The notes under the pieces are model-generated. The model saw only the letters and a list, made by a program, of their open reading frames with translations. It searched no databases and had not been told where the DNA came from. Source: Epithemia pelagica (lineage: Eukaryota; Protista; Bacillariophyta). Taken from it: DNA of 64,000 bases. Both the position numbers and the translations under genes were made by a program. Shown in pieces: positions 13,162 to 23,470 of this stretch; the first letter of the stretch is position 1, and every line of letters starts with the position of its first letter. Where the stretch lies: NCBI GenBank assembly GCA_946965045.2, contig OX337242.1, positions 1,736,001 through 1,800,000 of the forward strand, written 5' to 3'.

Positions 13162-13746
13162 ATGAAAGTTTCTCTTGTGTTGGTTTCCTTGGCGTGCTTG
13201 GTGAATGGCTCGGCCGCCTACCAACCGGCCGCTTCTTCGCCAACGACGACTCGTCGTGGGTGGTTCACCCAAGCCGCGGATGCAGCGGCCGTGGTGGGGG
13301 CCACCCTGATTCCAGCTTCGTCAGCTCACGCCCTCGAGGCCTGTCCCAAGAATTCCAAAAATTGCATTCGTACCACCTGGACGCCACCGGCGGACGTCAA
13401 GGACGTGGGTCAATCCCTTGTCAACGTCTTGAATGCCTATCCCCCAGAGGGTCAGGCCGATGTGGACAAGGGTGGTTATACCATTGTGTCCAATTCCTTG
13501 ACCGCCACCAGTGGTTCGGCAACTGTTGAATATAAGAGTGGAATTGGCAATTTTGCCAAATTTTTGAATGGCGGCAAACCCTTTGTCGATGACTTGACGG
13601 TGGAAATTGACGAAACTGGTGTCGTGCAAGTCAAGTCGGCCTCCCGAGTCGGCGATTCGGATTTTGGCGTCAATCAAAAACGATTAACCTACTTGGCCTC
13701 TGCGCTCAAGACCCAAGGATGGACCGTCCCCGATCCAACCTATTAA
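13162..13746 (+). CDS. DUF1499-family protein, probably plastid-targeted
   Basis: CPKNSKNCIRT, FVDDL and VQVKSASRVGDSDFGVNQKRL motifs. Signal peptide followed by SAA-Y (an ASAF-like cleavage motif) and a transit-like segment with TTRRGWF. Confidence 0.8.
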   Translation: MKVSLVLVSLACLVNGSAAYQPAASSPTTTRRGWFTQAADAAAVVGATLIPASSAHALEACPKNSKNCIRTTWTPPADVKDVGQSLVNVLNAYPPEGQADVDKGGYTIVSNSLTATSGSATVEYKSGIGNFAKFLNGGKPFVDDLTVEIDETGVVQVKSASRVGDSDFGVNQKRLTYLASALKTQGWTVPDPTY

Positions 13747-14353
13747 GACACAATCGAACCGTCGTCCCAAACACATACACAGACACACGATACGCAGTTC
13801 CAAGACTCGGGAAGCCCATTGGATCCAACCGATCAGAAACCAAACCAATAAAACCTAGAGGTAGAAAGGAGAATCAACAATTTCCCACAGTGTGTTACTT
13901 TAACTTCATTTGCAATCGTAGAGAGCATGGTTGCATTCCTGCAACTGGTTTTGTAGGCATTGGTGAGACGCCATTCATTGTGTCCGATGTGAGAACATCG
14001 ATAGTCATGGCACAACCCACGCAACACGGCGCAATTCTTGAAGACCCTCCTCTTGGCGAGGCATTCTGCAGCGGTACATCTACAGGAAGCATACATACAC
14101 ATACATGGAACCAAACCAACTTATCACAAGCCGACCACCAGCCGTCTCCTATGGGTGGTGGGCAACAAACCTCTGTCCTTGTATACCGTCTACCTCGAAC
14201 TCTTCTACTCGTTGTTTGCTTCCTTCTCCCATTCTACGGAATGGCCATGACAAGAGAGTACTCGTGACGCAGAATAACGTTTACGCGTTCAAGCTAAGAA
14301 ACGTCTTGACCACAGCATGTATGTATGCCATGGTCGTTGGTGACAGTGGGTGT

Positions 14354-15907
14354 TTAATTGAACACGGGAATGAGAAGTTTGCTGTCCTTGGGAATCTGGA
14401 CACGATGGCCAAAATTGTCTTGGACAAACTCCATCAATTTTCGTCCGGCATGTTCATCACCGTAGTGCGCCAACATGTACTCACGGGGCCGGTACGTGTC
14501 CAGCTGGGCGAGGAAGCTCGTCAAGCTGGGGCGGAAATCGGACATGTTGTGAAAGAATGCACCGGTTTGATTGGTAATGTATTTCCACCCACCCACGATA
14601 TTGTCATTCATCAAGACTGGTACGTTCAACGTCAGGGCTTGCGCGGCAACGCGGGGAGAGGCGTCGTAGATTTGTGGCACGAGGAGGAATCGGCTTTCTC
14701 GCATGTAATCCCATACTTTGGCTTGCGTCAGAAATGGGGTTTGCAGGACACGTCCCTGGCACGACGGTGGAATATCACACGCCTTTCCCGTCTTGGCGTC
14801 CTTGGTCACCAGCAGGACACCTGTCAATTGAAATTCGCCACACAGAACGTCCAACGCGTGGTCCCGAAGAAAGGGCCAGTTTTTGGCATAGGCGCCCCAA
14901 CTGTTGCACGCGCCCGTTTCGGTATTCAAGTCGGACATGGCGTAGACAAAGTCATACTTTTTCAAATGTTTCGCCTCCAAAACCTCCTTTTCGTAGTCAA
15001 TGTCGGGAAGATTAAAGTCCGATTGAGACATGTCCAACACCTTGACATGGTCTGGAAAGTTTGTTTGATTTTCTCGATACATGTTGAGCCATCCGGGGAA
15101 CATGCCAATGTATTTGTCGGGAGAAAACTTGGTCGACCAAGGATTGGGACTGGGATAGGGGAACGCTTCATAACTCATGATACCCAAAAAGAGAATATCA
15201 TTCTTGTATTTCTGGTACAACTGTTCATGGTGCTCGGAATGAAACATGTTGCGAACCAAAATAATGTTGACGTACGTTCCATTCTCATCACTCACGGGTT
15301 GGAAGGGACTCAGTTGGATCAGGTCCTTGTACGCCGGATGAACGTGTTGAGGTTTGCGGTCACAGTGGTTGGTGGTGATATTCCAGCGACACTCTCCGTG
15401 GCACCAAGTCGCCCCGTGACCCATGGGACAGACACTGCAACTCGCCGCCCAATGATTGCCGCAACGGACCGTTTTTCTTGGTTCGCACCGAACACTTGCA
15501 TAATTGAATTGACAATCGACTTCGCCACACGAGGCTGCCATACTACTTGTCGTCGTGCTATTGTCCGGACTGCACTTGTTGCAGCTCGTGGCCGAACGTC
15601 CCCCTCCACAGTGTACCAGGCTCCTGGTAGAAGGAAGGAGCCCTTTGGAAGAGTTGTGGTGAGTGTCGGTATCCAAGAATGTGTGAGAGGATGCATGGCT
15701 GCGAATCCACTCGAGATCTCGGGTCGTCGTTGTCGTCAAAAGGGCGTCGGGTTGCGCGTCGTGCCAGAGGCAAACCGTATTGGACAAGGAGGACAGGGCC
15801 AATACCACAACGAAGCACAACAGGACAGTTCCCTTGTTGACATTATTTTGAAAGCCATGAAGTATATTATTATTTCTCTTGTTGTTGATGGAGAAGTCAC
15901 TCGTCAT
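14354..15907 (-). CDS. Type II membrane putative glycosyltransferase (GT-B-like C-terminus) with two Cys-rich modules
   Basis: N-terminal TM segment VLLCFVVVLALSSL. Cys module CGNHWAASCSVCPMGHGATWCHGECRW. C-terminal SRFLLVPQIYDASPRVAAQALTLNVPVL resembles a GT-B donor-binding region. Confidence 0.6.
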   Translation of the reverse strand: MTSDFSINNKRNNNILHGFQNNVNKGTVLLCFVVVLALSSLSNTVCLWHDAQPDALLTTTTTRDLEWIRSHASSHTFLDTDTHHNSSKGLLPSTRSLVHCGGGRSATSCNKCSPDNSTTTSSMAASCGEVDCQFNYASVRCEPRKTVRCGNHWAASCSVCPMGHGATWCHGECRWNITTNHCDRKPQHVHPAYKDLIQLSPFQPVSDENGTYVNIILVRNMFHSEHHEQLYQKYKNDILFLGIMSYEAFPYPSPNPWSTKFSPDKYIGMFPGWLNMYRENQTNFPDHVKVLDMSQSDFNLPDIDYEKEVLEAKHLKKYDFVYAMSDLNTETGACNSWGAYAKNWPFLRDHALDVLCGEFQLTGVLLVTKDAKTGKACDIPPSCQGRVLQTPFLTQAKVWDYMRESRFLLVPQIYDASPRVAAQALTLNVPVLMNDNIVGGWKYITNQTGAFFHNMSDFRPSLTSFLAQLDTYRPREYMLAHYGDEHAGRKLMEFVQDNFGHRVQIPKDSKLLIPVFN

Positions 15908-16838
15908 GTTTAGGTTGAACTGTCGTCTCATTGTGCTCGATAGAGTGCAAGAAATTCAAAAATGTGAGCACAGTCAGTTGTCGAGTTAGCAATTTGCAAT
16001 CGCCAATCGCCATAATAATAGCGCGTCGACGGGAGACGGGACAAAGACTAAACAAGCTGACAGGCAGACAGGCAGACAGACAGACAGACTCGCCTCGTCC
16101 GCGACCCCCCAACCAGGCGAAACGAAAAGGGGGCAGGGTCTTGAATCACGTGAACGACTGCGCCATGTTGTCGGAGTCGACTCACGGAGCAATTCTCGAT
16201 TATCGCGAGCGTGCATGGCCACATGGGCCTAAGCGAAGCGGTCCACTCAAATTCTCTACGTGACTAAATCTCGTTGTATTTATTGGTGTCTCCGAGCCGT
16301 CCCCACAACGTCGTTCTCAGGCGTAAAAAGCCCACCGACGGTCCCATATGTCCTGTCTCACTTTTTTGGTGGGGCCCTTCCTTTTTTTCGTTGTTGGAGT
16401 TTGTTGCACACATGACGTGTACTTGCCCACAAGATTGAGTTGGTCTCATATCTTGAATTCTTCTCCACACTTTATCAACAGCCAAGAGATCCAGAGCTCG
16501 AATCCCGAACGACGAACTCCAAGGTACGCCAAACGATTCGTCGACGATTGGATGTGTCCAACAGGATGGAGACGAAGCATTTGATTCGTGGAATGAGGCA
16601 TTCCACTCGTACCGATGCTCCTGTTTCGTAAACCTCCAAATCTTTTTGGATGAATGCAGGTGACAAAGAACGAGTTTGAATCCTCATCATTTTTTCATCT
16701 TCTTTCGTTTGTACGAGACAGAGATTCATTGAATCATTTTATCGGTTTGAGACCATGCTGTATCAACACAACAGACGGGCACAAGCCTTGCCACCGAGTG
16801 GTAGTAGTCCTATTCTCCGCACCCCTCGTTGCACTCCC

Positions 16839-18023
16839 ATGACACTGCAGCTTGTGTTGGTCCAACTGCTGTTGTGGGCCACGACTCTTTCGGTCACCAG
16901 TGCCACCACCTGTTTGGCCGGGTCGGGCAATGAAGCGGTCGGTGTCTATGCCTTTAACGATCCCTCGTGTGTCGCTGGTGGAGGAGTGGGATGTTACAGC
17001 AACAGCACAATCTGGTGTCGGTATTGTCAAAGCTTTAATACTTCTCAATCGCAAAATTTTGTGGCTTGTCCGGCCGGCATTGGAACGACTTCCACCACCA
17101 CTCCTCCGCCCACTCCCTCACCCACTCCGGGGAATCCCACGCGAGCTCCCTCCGCAACACCCACCATGGGGCCCACGACAACACCAGCTCCCACGGCGGC
17201 ACCCGCGGCTACCAACAACCCCACTCCGTCTCCGACCAACAGTCCGACGACTCCCGTGGCCACCAACCCGTCCACGACGACCACCTTGTTTTTTGATGAC
17301 TTTTCGCAGGGCTTTGACTTGTCCCAATACAAGCACGAAATTACCATGGCGGGAGGAGGCAATTGGGAATTTCAAATCTACCGCAACAATCGTACCAATT
17401 CCTACGTCAAAAATGGCATCTTACACATTACCCCCACCTTGACGCAAGACTGGGCACCCGGTTTGGGTGCCGTGAATTTGAATGGCTTGACGGCCGAATC
17501 CGATTGTACCTCGGCCTTTGCCTTTGGTTGTTATCGTGCCAATGTCAATCCCATTAGTTCGGCACGAATCAATACGCGATCCTTTAGTTTTACCACGGGA
17601 CGATTGGAAGTTCGGGCCAAATTGCCCCGTGGCGATTGGTTGTGGCCCGCCATTTGGTTGTTGCCCAAATACGAGCAATATGGCATGTGGCCCGTTTCGG
17701 GAGAAATTGACGTGGTGGAGTCCACGGGCAATGCGGCTGGCTATGCGACCAACCGTGGCGTCGATTCCATTCTCAGTGTGTTGCATTGGGGATTGGACTA
17801 TTTTCAAAACAAAAACAACATGACCACTGCGTCCTACACACTCAATGATGGAACCGACTTTTCGCAAGCCTTTCACACCTTTGGGTTGGTCCGGACCGAT
17901 ACCGGCCTGTATACCTATGTGGATCAAGATAGCAATCGGGTCTTGGAGGTGGACTGGTCCAATCAAACCTTTTTTGAATCGTGCTTCTTTTCTCATTGTC
18001 CCAACAGGCAATGGGGTGTTTGA
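16839..18023 (+). CDS. GH16 beta-1,3-glucanase (laminarinase-like) with N-terminal Cys-rich module and Pro/Thr linker; C-terminally truncated
   Basis: Signal peptide MTLQLVLVQLLLWA. Motifs GGGNWEFQIY, ISSARINT, GRLEVRAKLPRGDWLWPAIWLLP and catalytic WPVSGEIDVVES. The expected terminal PFD..F...LNVAVGG strand is absent. Confidence 0.85.
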   Translation: MTLQLVLVQLLLWATTLSVTSATTCLAGSGNEAVGVYAFNDPSCVAGGGVGCYSNSTIWCRYCQSFNTSQSQNFVACPAGIGTTSTTTPPPTPSPTPGNPTRAPSATPTMGPTTTPAPTAAPAATNNPTPSPTNSPTTPVATNPSTTTTLFFDDFSQGFDLSQYKHEITMAGGGNWEFQIYRNNRTNSYVKNGILHITPTLTQDWAPGLGAVNLNGLTAESDCTSAFAFGCYRANVNPISSARINTRSFSFTTGRLEVRAKLPRGDWLWPAIWLLPKYEQYGMWPVSGEIDVVESTGNAAGYATNRGVDSILSVLHWGLDYFQNKNNMTTASYTLNDGTDFSQAFHTFGLVRTDTGLYTYVDQDSNRVLEVDWSNQTFFESCFFSHCPNRQWGV

Positions 18024-19716
18024 TGTGGGAGGTCTCTTTTTCAATATTAATTTACAAAAGTCTTCGTCGTCTACCTCGAGCACCAATGCCTCGTCCATGA
18101 TATCTTATGTGGACATTGCCATTGTGCCCGTACCCTCACATTGCGTGTCACGTCGTTCGTTTGACGACAAGATTGTCGTTACAACACCAACAGCTCACAA
18201 CGATGCACGAGATTGCGATTGGACCAATCATCAGGGTGTTGGATTGCGATCGACCAAAAACATTCAGGGCAACGTTGCGGGAGATGTCTTTTATTGTTGT
18301 TCGCCAGACGCAATGGCAGAAAACTTGTGTCCACCCGAACAAGCCGGACGATTGTTGGTGCATCCCCACTTGTTTAAAGGGGCCACCTTCAATGTCACGC
18401 TTCCTCCCCCTTTGCCGCCCTTGGCCGATGACAATGCGATTGCCAGCTTGTCCGTGAACAAACCATCGAGCGCGGCCATTGCGGAGGAGGGCACCTATGT
18501 GATTATCATGGCCAATTGTTACAATGAAGCCGCACCCAGTCACACGGTGGTCGTGACGGGAAACATTGTCGTGCAATCGTACACGTCAGTGGTGGAAAAC
18601 TTTTTGGATGAAAATGTCCCCTTTTACTTGATCATGACCCTGTGCAATCTCGGATTGTTTCTCTGGTACCTGTCCTTGATGCAAAAATACAAGGAAAGTC
18701 GCATTCCATTGGAAACATGGATCTGCGTCACGATTGGTTTGGGCTTTGCCAATGTCCTGGTTCTCTTTATTCAGAATACCATTTGGGAAGAACAGTTTTA
18801 TCGGAGTGGAGGGGATCTTGATGCCTTGCAAGGTACCGGTGTGGAAGAAGTGGCCTTGAATTTTATTTGGATTATAGGAGCCTTGTTGGGTGCCATGAAA
18901 CATGCATTGAGTCGATATTTGTTGGTTGTCTTGGCTTTGGGATGGGGTGTCGTTCATTCTTCGGTTCATCCCGTCAAACGCGTCGCCAGTGCCACCTTGG
19001 CCATTCTCTACTTTACCGTTTCGGCCATGATTGAAGTCGTCCATCCATTCATGGCCAATTCGGCCTTTTTGCAAGAGTTGACCATCAAATGTTTTTACGT
19101 CAAAGTCGCCACAGAATGTATCTTTTTGATATGGATCCCTGTAGCGCTTTGTCGAACCATGAAGTATCTGACCCGATCGCATCAAACACGCAAATTGGAA
19201 CGATACCGCGCCTTGTTGCGCATCTTGGGATTGGCCGTCCTCTTGACAGTGGGTCTCCTGGTCTTGATCATCTTGGATTACGTGTGGAATGAAGGAGCCA
19301 ATGTTACCGTCTTTAACATTACGCAGGGCAATGAATTGAATTTCTTTTTGATTTTGCTCTGTGTGGCACGTTTGTGGAAACCCAATCCCTTGGCACGCGA
19401 CTATGTCTATGCCGTACAACTCGGCACGGCCGAGGATGATGATGATAATGGAAATACGAATGGATACAGTGACTATCCCGAGGATGAAGGTCCCTTGGGT
19501 ATGGAGGGACGAGAAGGATACTTGACCGATTTGGAATTGTCGGTCCGACAAACGGCACGCAGCAAACAAGAAACCGACAACGACAACAACAACAATCATA
19601 CCATTGAGCCACGAACGCCTTTGGAATTCCAAAACCAAGACAGTGTGGAGGACGACGACGATTATGAGAATGATGGCAAGTATGGTGATTTTGCCATTGG
19701 TTCGGCCAGCGAGTAA
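18008..19716 (+). CDS. Lung seven-transmembrane receptor family protein (TMEM87/GPR107-like); first exon missing
   Basis: Luminal CCSPDAMAENLC motif, seven hydrophobic segments, LALGWGVV motif, LWKPNP and an acidic tail. Preceded by an intron-type acceptor (cttcttttctcattgtcccaacAG, ending 18007). Confidence 0.8.
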
Positions 19717-19810
19717 TAGAAAACGGACGCGGTGAATTCGTTGTACTATAGAACAGGAACACGTTTACGAGTTGGAACGACAAGCGCTATAGTTTGCTAC
19801 CCAGATACAA

Positions 19811-22535
19811 TTATCGTACAATGACTCGTAGTAGCTTTTGAAGCAATTGTAGGTGAAACACCAACGTGGAACAGTCCCCGTATGGAGCATTCTTGTCACC
19901 CATGTGCCACCAAGTGTTGGTTGTGCTGGTGTTCGAAACGTCGATTGGTGGCAGTCCAAACACGGGGATTCGTCGAGGCATCCACCCGTGAGAAGAAGAG
20001 TATGGGTTGTTGCGATCAAGGTGGTTGGTTGGTTCGTGCGATTGCAGCCACAAGGTCCGGTGTGGGTCCATCAACAGTGACGAATTACCGTTTAGACTGG
20101 GGACGTCCTTGTCGTCTTGATATAGATCTCGGAGAAATGTTGGTGTATCCACCCTTTGGAGTTGAAACCGTCCACCACCATTGCCACCAGTCGTGGTTTG
20201 GGTGTTGTTCCACAAGACGGGTCCAGTCGTCAGGGGTGCAGCTGGTTTGTTGCAGAATGGTGTCACAATACTTGGTTCGATGTTCGAGCCATGACTTGCA
20301 CAAGTCGTCGTTGGAATGGGTCACATTCGTGCTTTTCGTAGAAAGCATGGCCAACCATTCTTGGATCCACTCCAACGTGTGGTACAACTGTCGACGTGTC
20401 CAAACGGGACGAGGTTGGACCTTGTGTACCAAGGTTTCGAGTTGGTCTCGTGTCGTGGTGGGTCCCAACCACGGCGCCGCCTGTACTCCCAATCGTGCCG
20501 TGACAAAGGCTTCCAAGACCAGAGTCGGAAACCACGTGACACTGGGAATGTGGTTCCAATCCAAATAGGCAAACAAACTGGGTGGTTCGTCCTCCGTGGG
20601 GGCGGTTTTAAGGGAACCCTCACGATTGGAGTTTTCGTCGTGGTGGTGTTGATTAAATTGTCCTTTTTGTCGTTTTTGTTGTTGCACTAATGACTGTGGT
20701 TGTACATCCACGTCTTCAGATCCTGGTGACAGGAAAGATGATGAGGATGACGACAGGAACCAGGGAGGATGGTGCGTCACTGCCATTGACAGTCCTTCTT
20801 TTTCTTCTTCTTTTCGTTCTTGCAAGAGACTGGCGGGATGAAGAACTTGAAATCCAATGTACAATCCCCAATACTGTGCAGTCCAATGTCGTGGAAGTGG
20901 ATTCAAGGGAACAATCCACTCGTCCCAGTGGTGGGACTGTGGATTGTCCTTATTGTTGTTGTTGGGGAGTGTGGATTCTGATTCTTGTGAGTTGGTGTCA
21001 TGCTGATGAGAAAGAGGATTCCACAGTGGTGGTCGAGGGTTGGTAAGATTGGTGACATTTCCCACCGGACAATGACGCAACAAGTGAATGGTATGAAGAA
21101 AGCGATCCAAATGATGGTCCCAGTGCTCCTCCTCCTCCTCGTCGTCATTTTCAGTATTGCATGTGGAGTCATTGTTCTTTTTGGGTGGTGGTGGTGGTGG
21201 TGGTGGTGGTGGTGGTTGGATCGTCATGTTGCGGTCGTTCTTGGTTTGGTAGCTTCTGTTGTCGGTCGGTACTATAAGCTCGGAGGGAGACTCTGTTGGT
21301 TTCTTTGAGTTTGAGCTGCGTTGGATCGTTTCACAATAGTCTTGAAGGTGTTGCACCAAGACTGCGGGTGGTACTTTGCTGGTTTGTCGTTGTCCTTGTT
21401 GTTGGTGATGGGCCCACGCCCGGTCAAAGACGTGTTGAATGGCTCGTCCCATGGCAATGCCCTTGGGACTGACAATGTAATCGCATCCTGCCAAGGCTGC
21501 CAATTCTGGCCAATAGTCGACATTGTCCGCATTCAACAAATACAAGCTGCTGCTGCTACTGCTGGTCGTCTTGGTGGCAGCACGGCGGTTGTTGCCATGG
21601 TTGACACCATCTTGTGGTTTGGATTGTAGTTGTTGCTCCCCCTCCAAAGGAGGTGATGATGATGACGATTGTGCATGTCGTGATGAGACTGGGTCATGTC
21701 CCACAAGGACATGATTGCGTTGATAAATGGTAAAACGTTGGTTGGTGTAATCGACTTCGGTATAGACACGGTTGGCACCCAAAATTACACAATCTCCATC
21801 GCGACTGACAATGCCATGAATCAAACCTTGTTGTTCCAGATAGACCAATTGCCATTCGGCTTCAAAGGGTGCCACCATGTAGGACTGCGGACGGGTGTGT
21901 TGCAACCACCGAACCAGGTCATTCCACAAGTCTGCGGTGGGTACCGACAAGGTTTTGCAGTGTCGCCAGAGGGTCGTTCGACGTATTCTTTGGAGGTGGT
22001 CTCTCTCGTCCTTGTCGTCGTCGTCGTCGACCATGTCCTCTTCAATTCGTGGAGGATCGGTTCCGTACAAGAGTTGCTGGAGTTCCAGACGTGCCTTGTC
22101 ACGGGCTTGACGACGTTGGACATGAGCGACCGTTTGTTTCATGGGATGATGGGTGATTCCATCCAAGACCAAAAAGGGTTGAATGCCATGCCGTTCCAAT
22201 TGCTCCAATTCCCATTGCAACTGACCAATGACCAAACCGGATGTCCAAGAGGACACGGTCAAGTGCCTTGTAGTGGTGGTGTTCGTGGTAGAAATGGCAA
22301 TCGTTAAAGTGGTATTCTTCCAGATGCTGTGGCACTCTTGATTCCACACCAACCAATCTTGTTTGAGAATCTTGTGGACTGTAATCGACACATCCAATCC
22401 CAAGGTAAGGCCTTTGGCATGATCAAAGGGGACCTTGCAACGATCCTTTAATCCAGCCAATCCTCGACTCCACAAACCATTGACGGAATAATAGAGAACC
22501 ATCCATGAGACCCAACCACCACCACGGCCCATCAT
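19811..22535 (-). CDS. XPG/FEN1/EXO1-family 5' nuclease with long low-complexity C-terminus (probable frameshift near 20200-20260)
   Basis: XPG-N motifs LGLDVS and FLVLDG; XPG-I motifs APFEAEWQL and IVSRDGDCVILG; H3TH motif LAALAGCDY. The main ORF ends at 20085 and the overlapping ORF 19811-20266 looks like its continuation. Confidence 0.78.
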
Positions 22536-23470
22536 GTTGTTGGTCGCCGTCCGTCCTCAGTCACCACAAAATCGCACCAACTTGCTTCGCCTTGTTTTGT
22601 CACTCTCCCATCAATTGCGCCGTTGGAGATCACCTTCCAAGATTCTCCTCGCCGGTTTCATTCCGTTTCCACCATTGTCGTCTTCTCTTTTGTTCTACAG
22701 GAGGGGGAGAGAATCTTTGGCGCATTGTGATTGTGGGCATCTACTGTATCTTATATCCGCGAATAAAAAGCGTCCTATTGTTGTAAGCGATCTAAGTGCG
22801 ATATATCTCTTTCCTGCCATATCGCACCGCCGGGCGCGTCGGTGGGCGCTAATGTTCACTGATGGCTGATGGGCACGAGTACGACGGGCAACGGGCACCA
22901 CATTACCGCCTCGTCACTCGTCGTTGACCGACGCCCAACCTTCATTTTTTCGGTGCATTATATTTTGCTGCTTGCTGCATCTCAATCGGTATCGCGTCAG
23001 TGCTGCATAGATGCAAGCCTCTCTCTGTTTGGACACTGATACCGATGGTTATTGTTGCATCTTTTTACACTGATACCGCGGGTTATGAAAAGTCACAAAA
23101 GTCACAAAGAGTCATGTTCTTCAGTACTCATCAGATATGGAAGAGTGTTTTGAGTGCACCACGAGATTGTTGTTTTCCTTACTAGCGAGTAAAGAAAAGG
23201 ACTCTTGTTGCAAAATTGTGTGTCTACGGTGTTAGCTAGTAACGGGGACGAAAAAGAAACATTAGTAGCTAGTGCATACTTGCAGTTTACGAAACAGTAG
23301 TGATACTGTAAATGATTCGTCTTCTAAGGACTCCATACTATATGGTATTTATTTCAGGGAGATTCATCTGACATTTTCATCATTATTTTGATACAGTAAA
23401 GCGCAACACAAAGGCGCTTCACTATCAATGCATCAAATCGTAACCAATTCCATACCATGTGCGATCATTA

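Noticed and set aside
14105-15913. 602-aa plus-strand ORF
   Set aside because: Antisense shadow of the glycosyltransferase-like gene, with no recognisable motifs.
16055-16092. (GACA/GGCA)n short tandem repeat
   Set aside because: Ordinary short microsatellite in an intergenic or UTR region.
17949-18007. Short intron splicing GH16 in frame to the 7-TM gene
   Set aside because: Nearby GT donors are in phase 0 or 2 while the acceptor needs phase 1; the closest phase-1 donor I found (~17777) would remove more of the GH16 domain.
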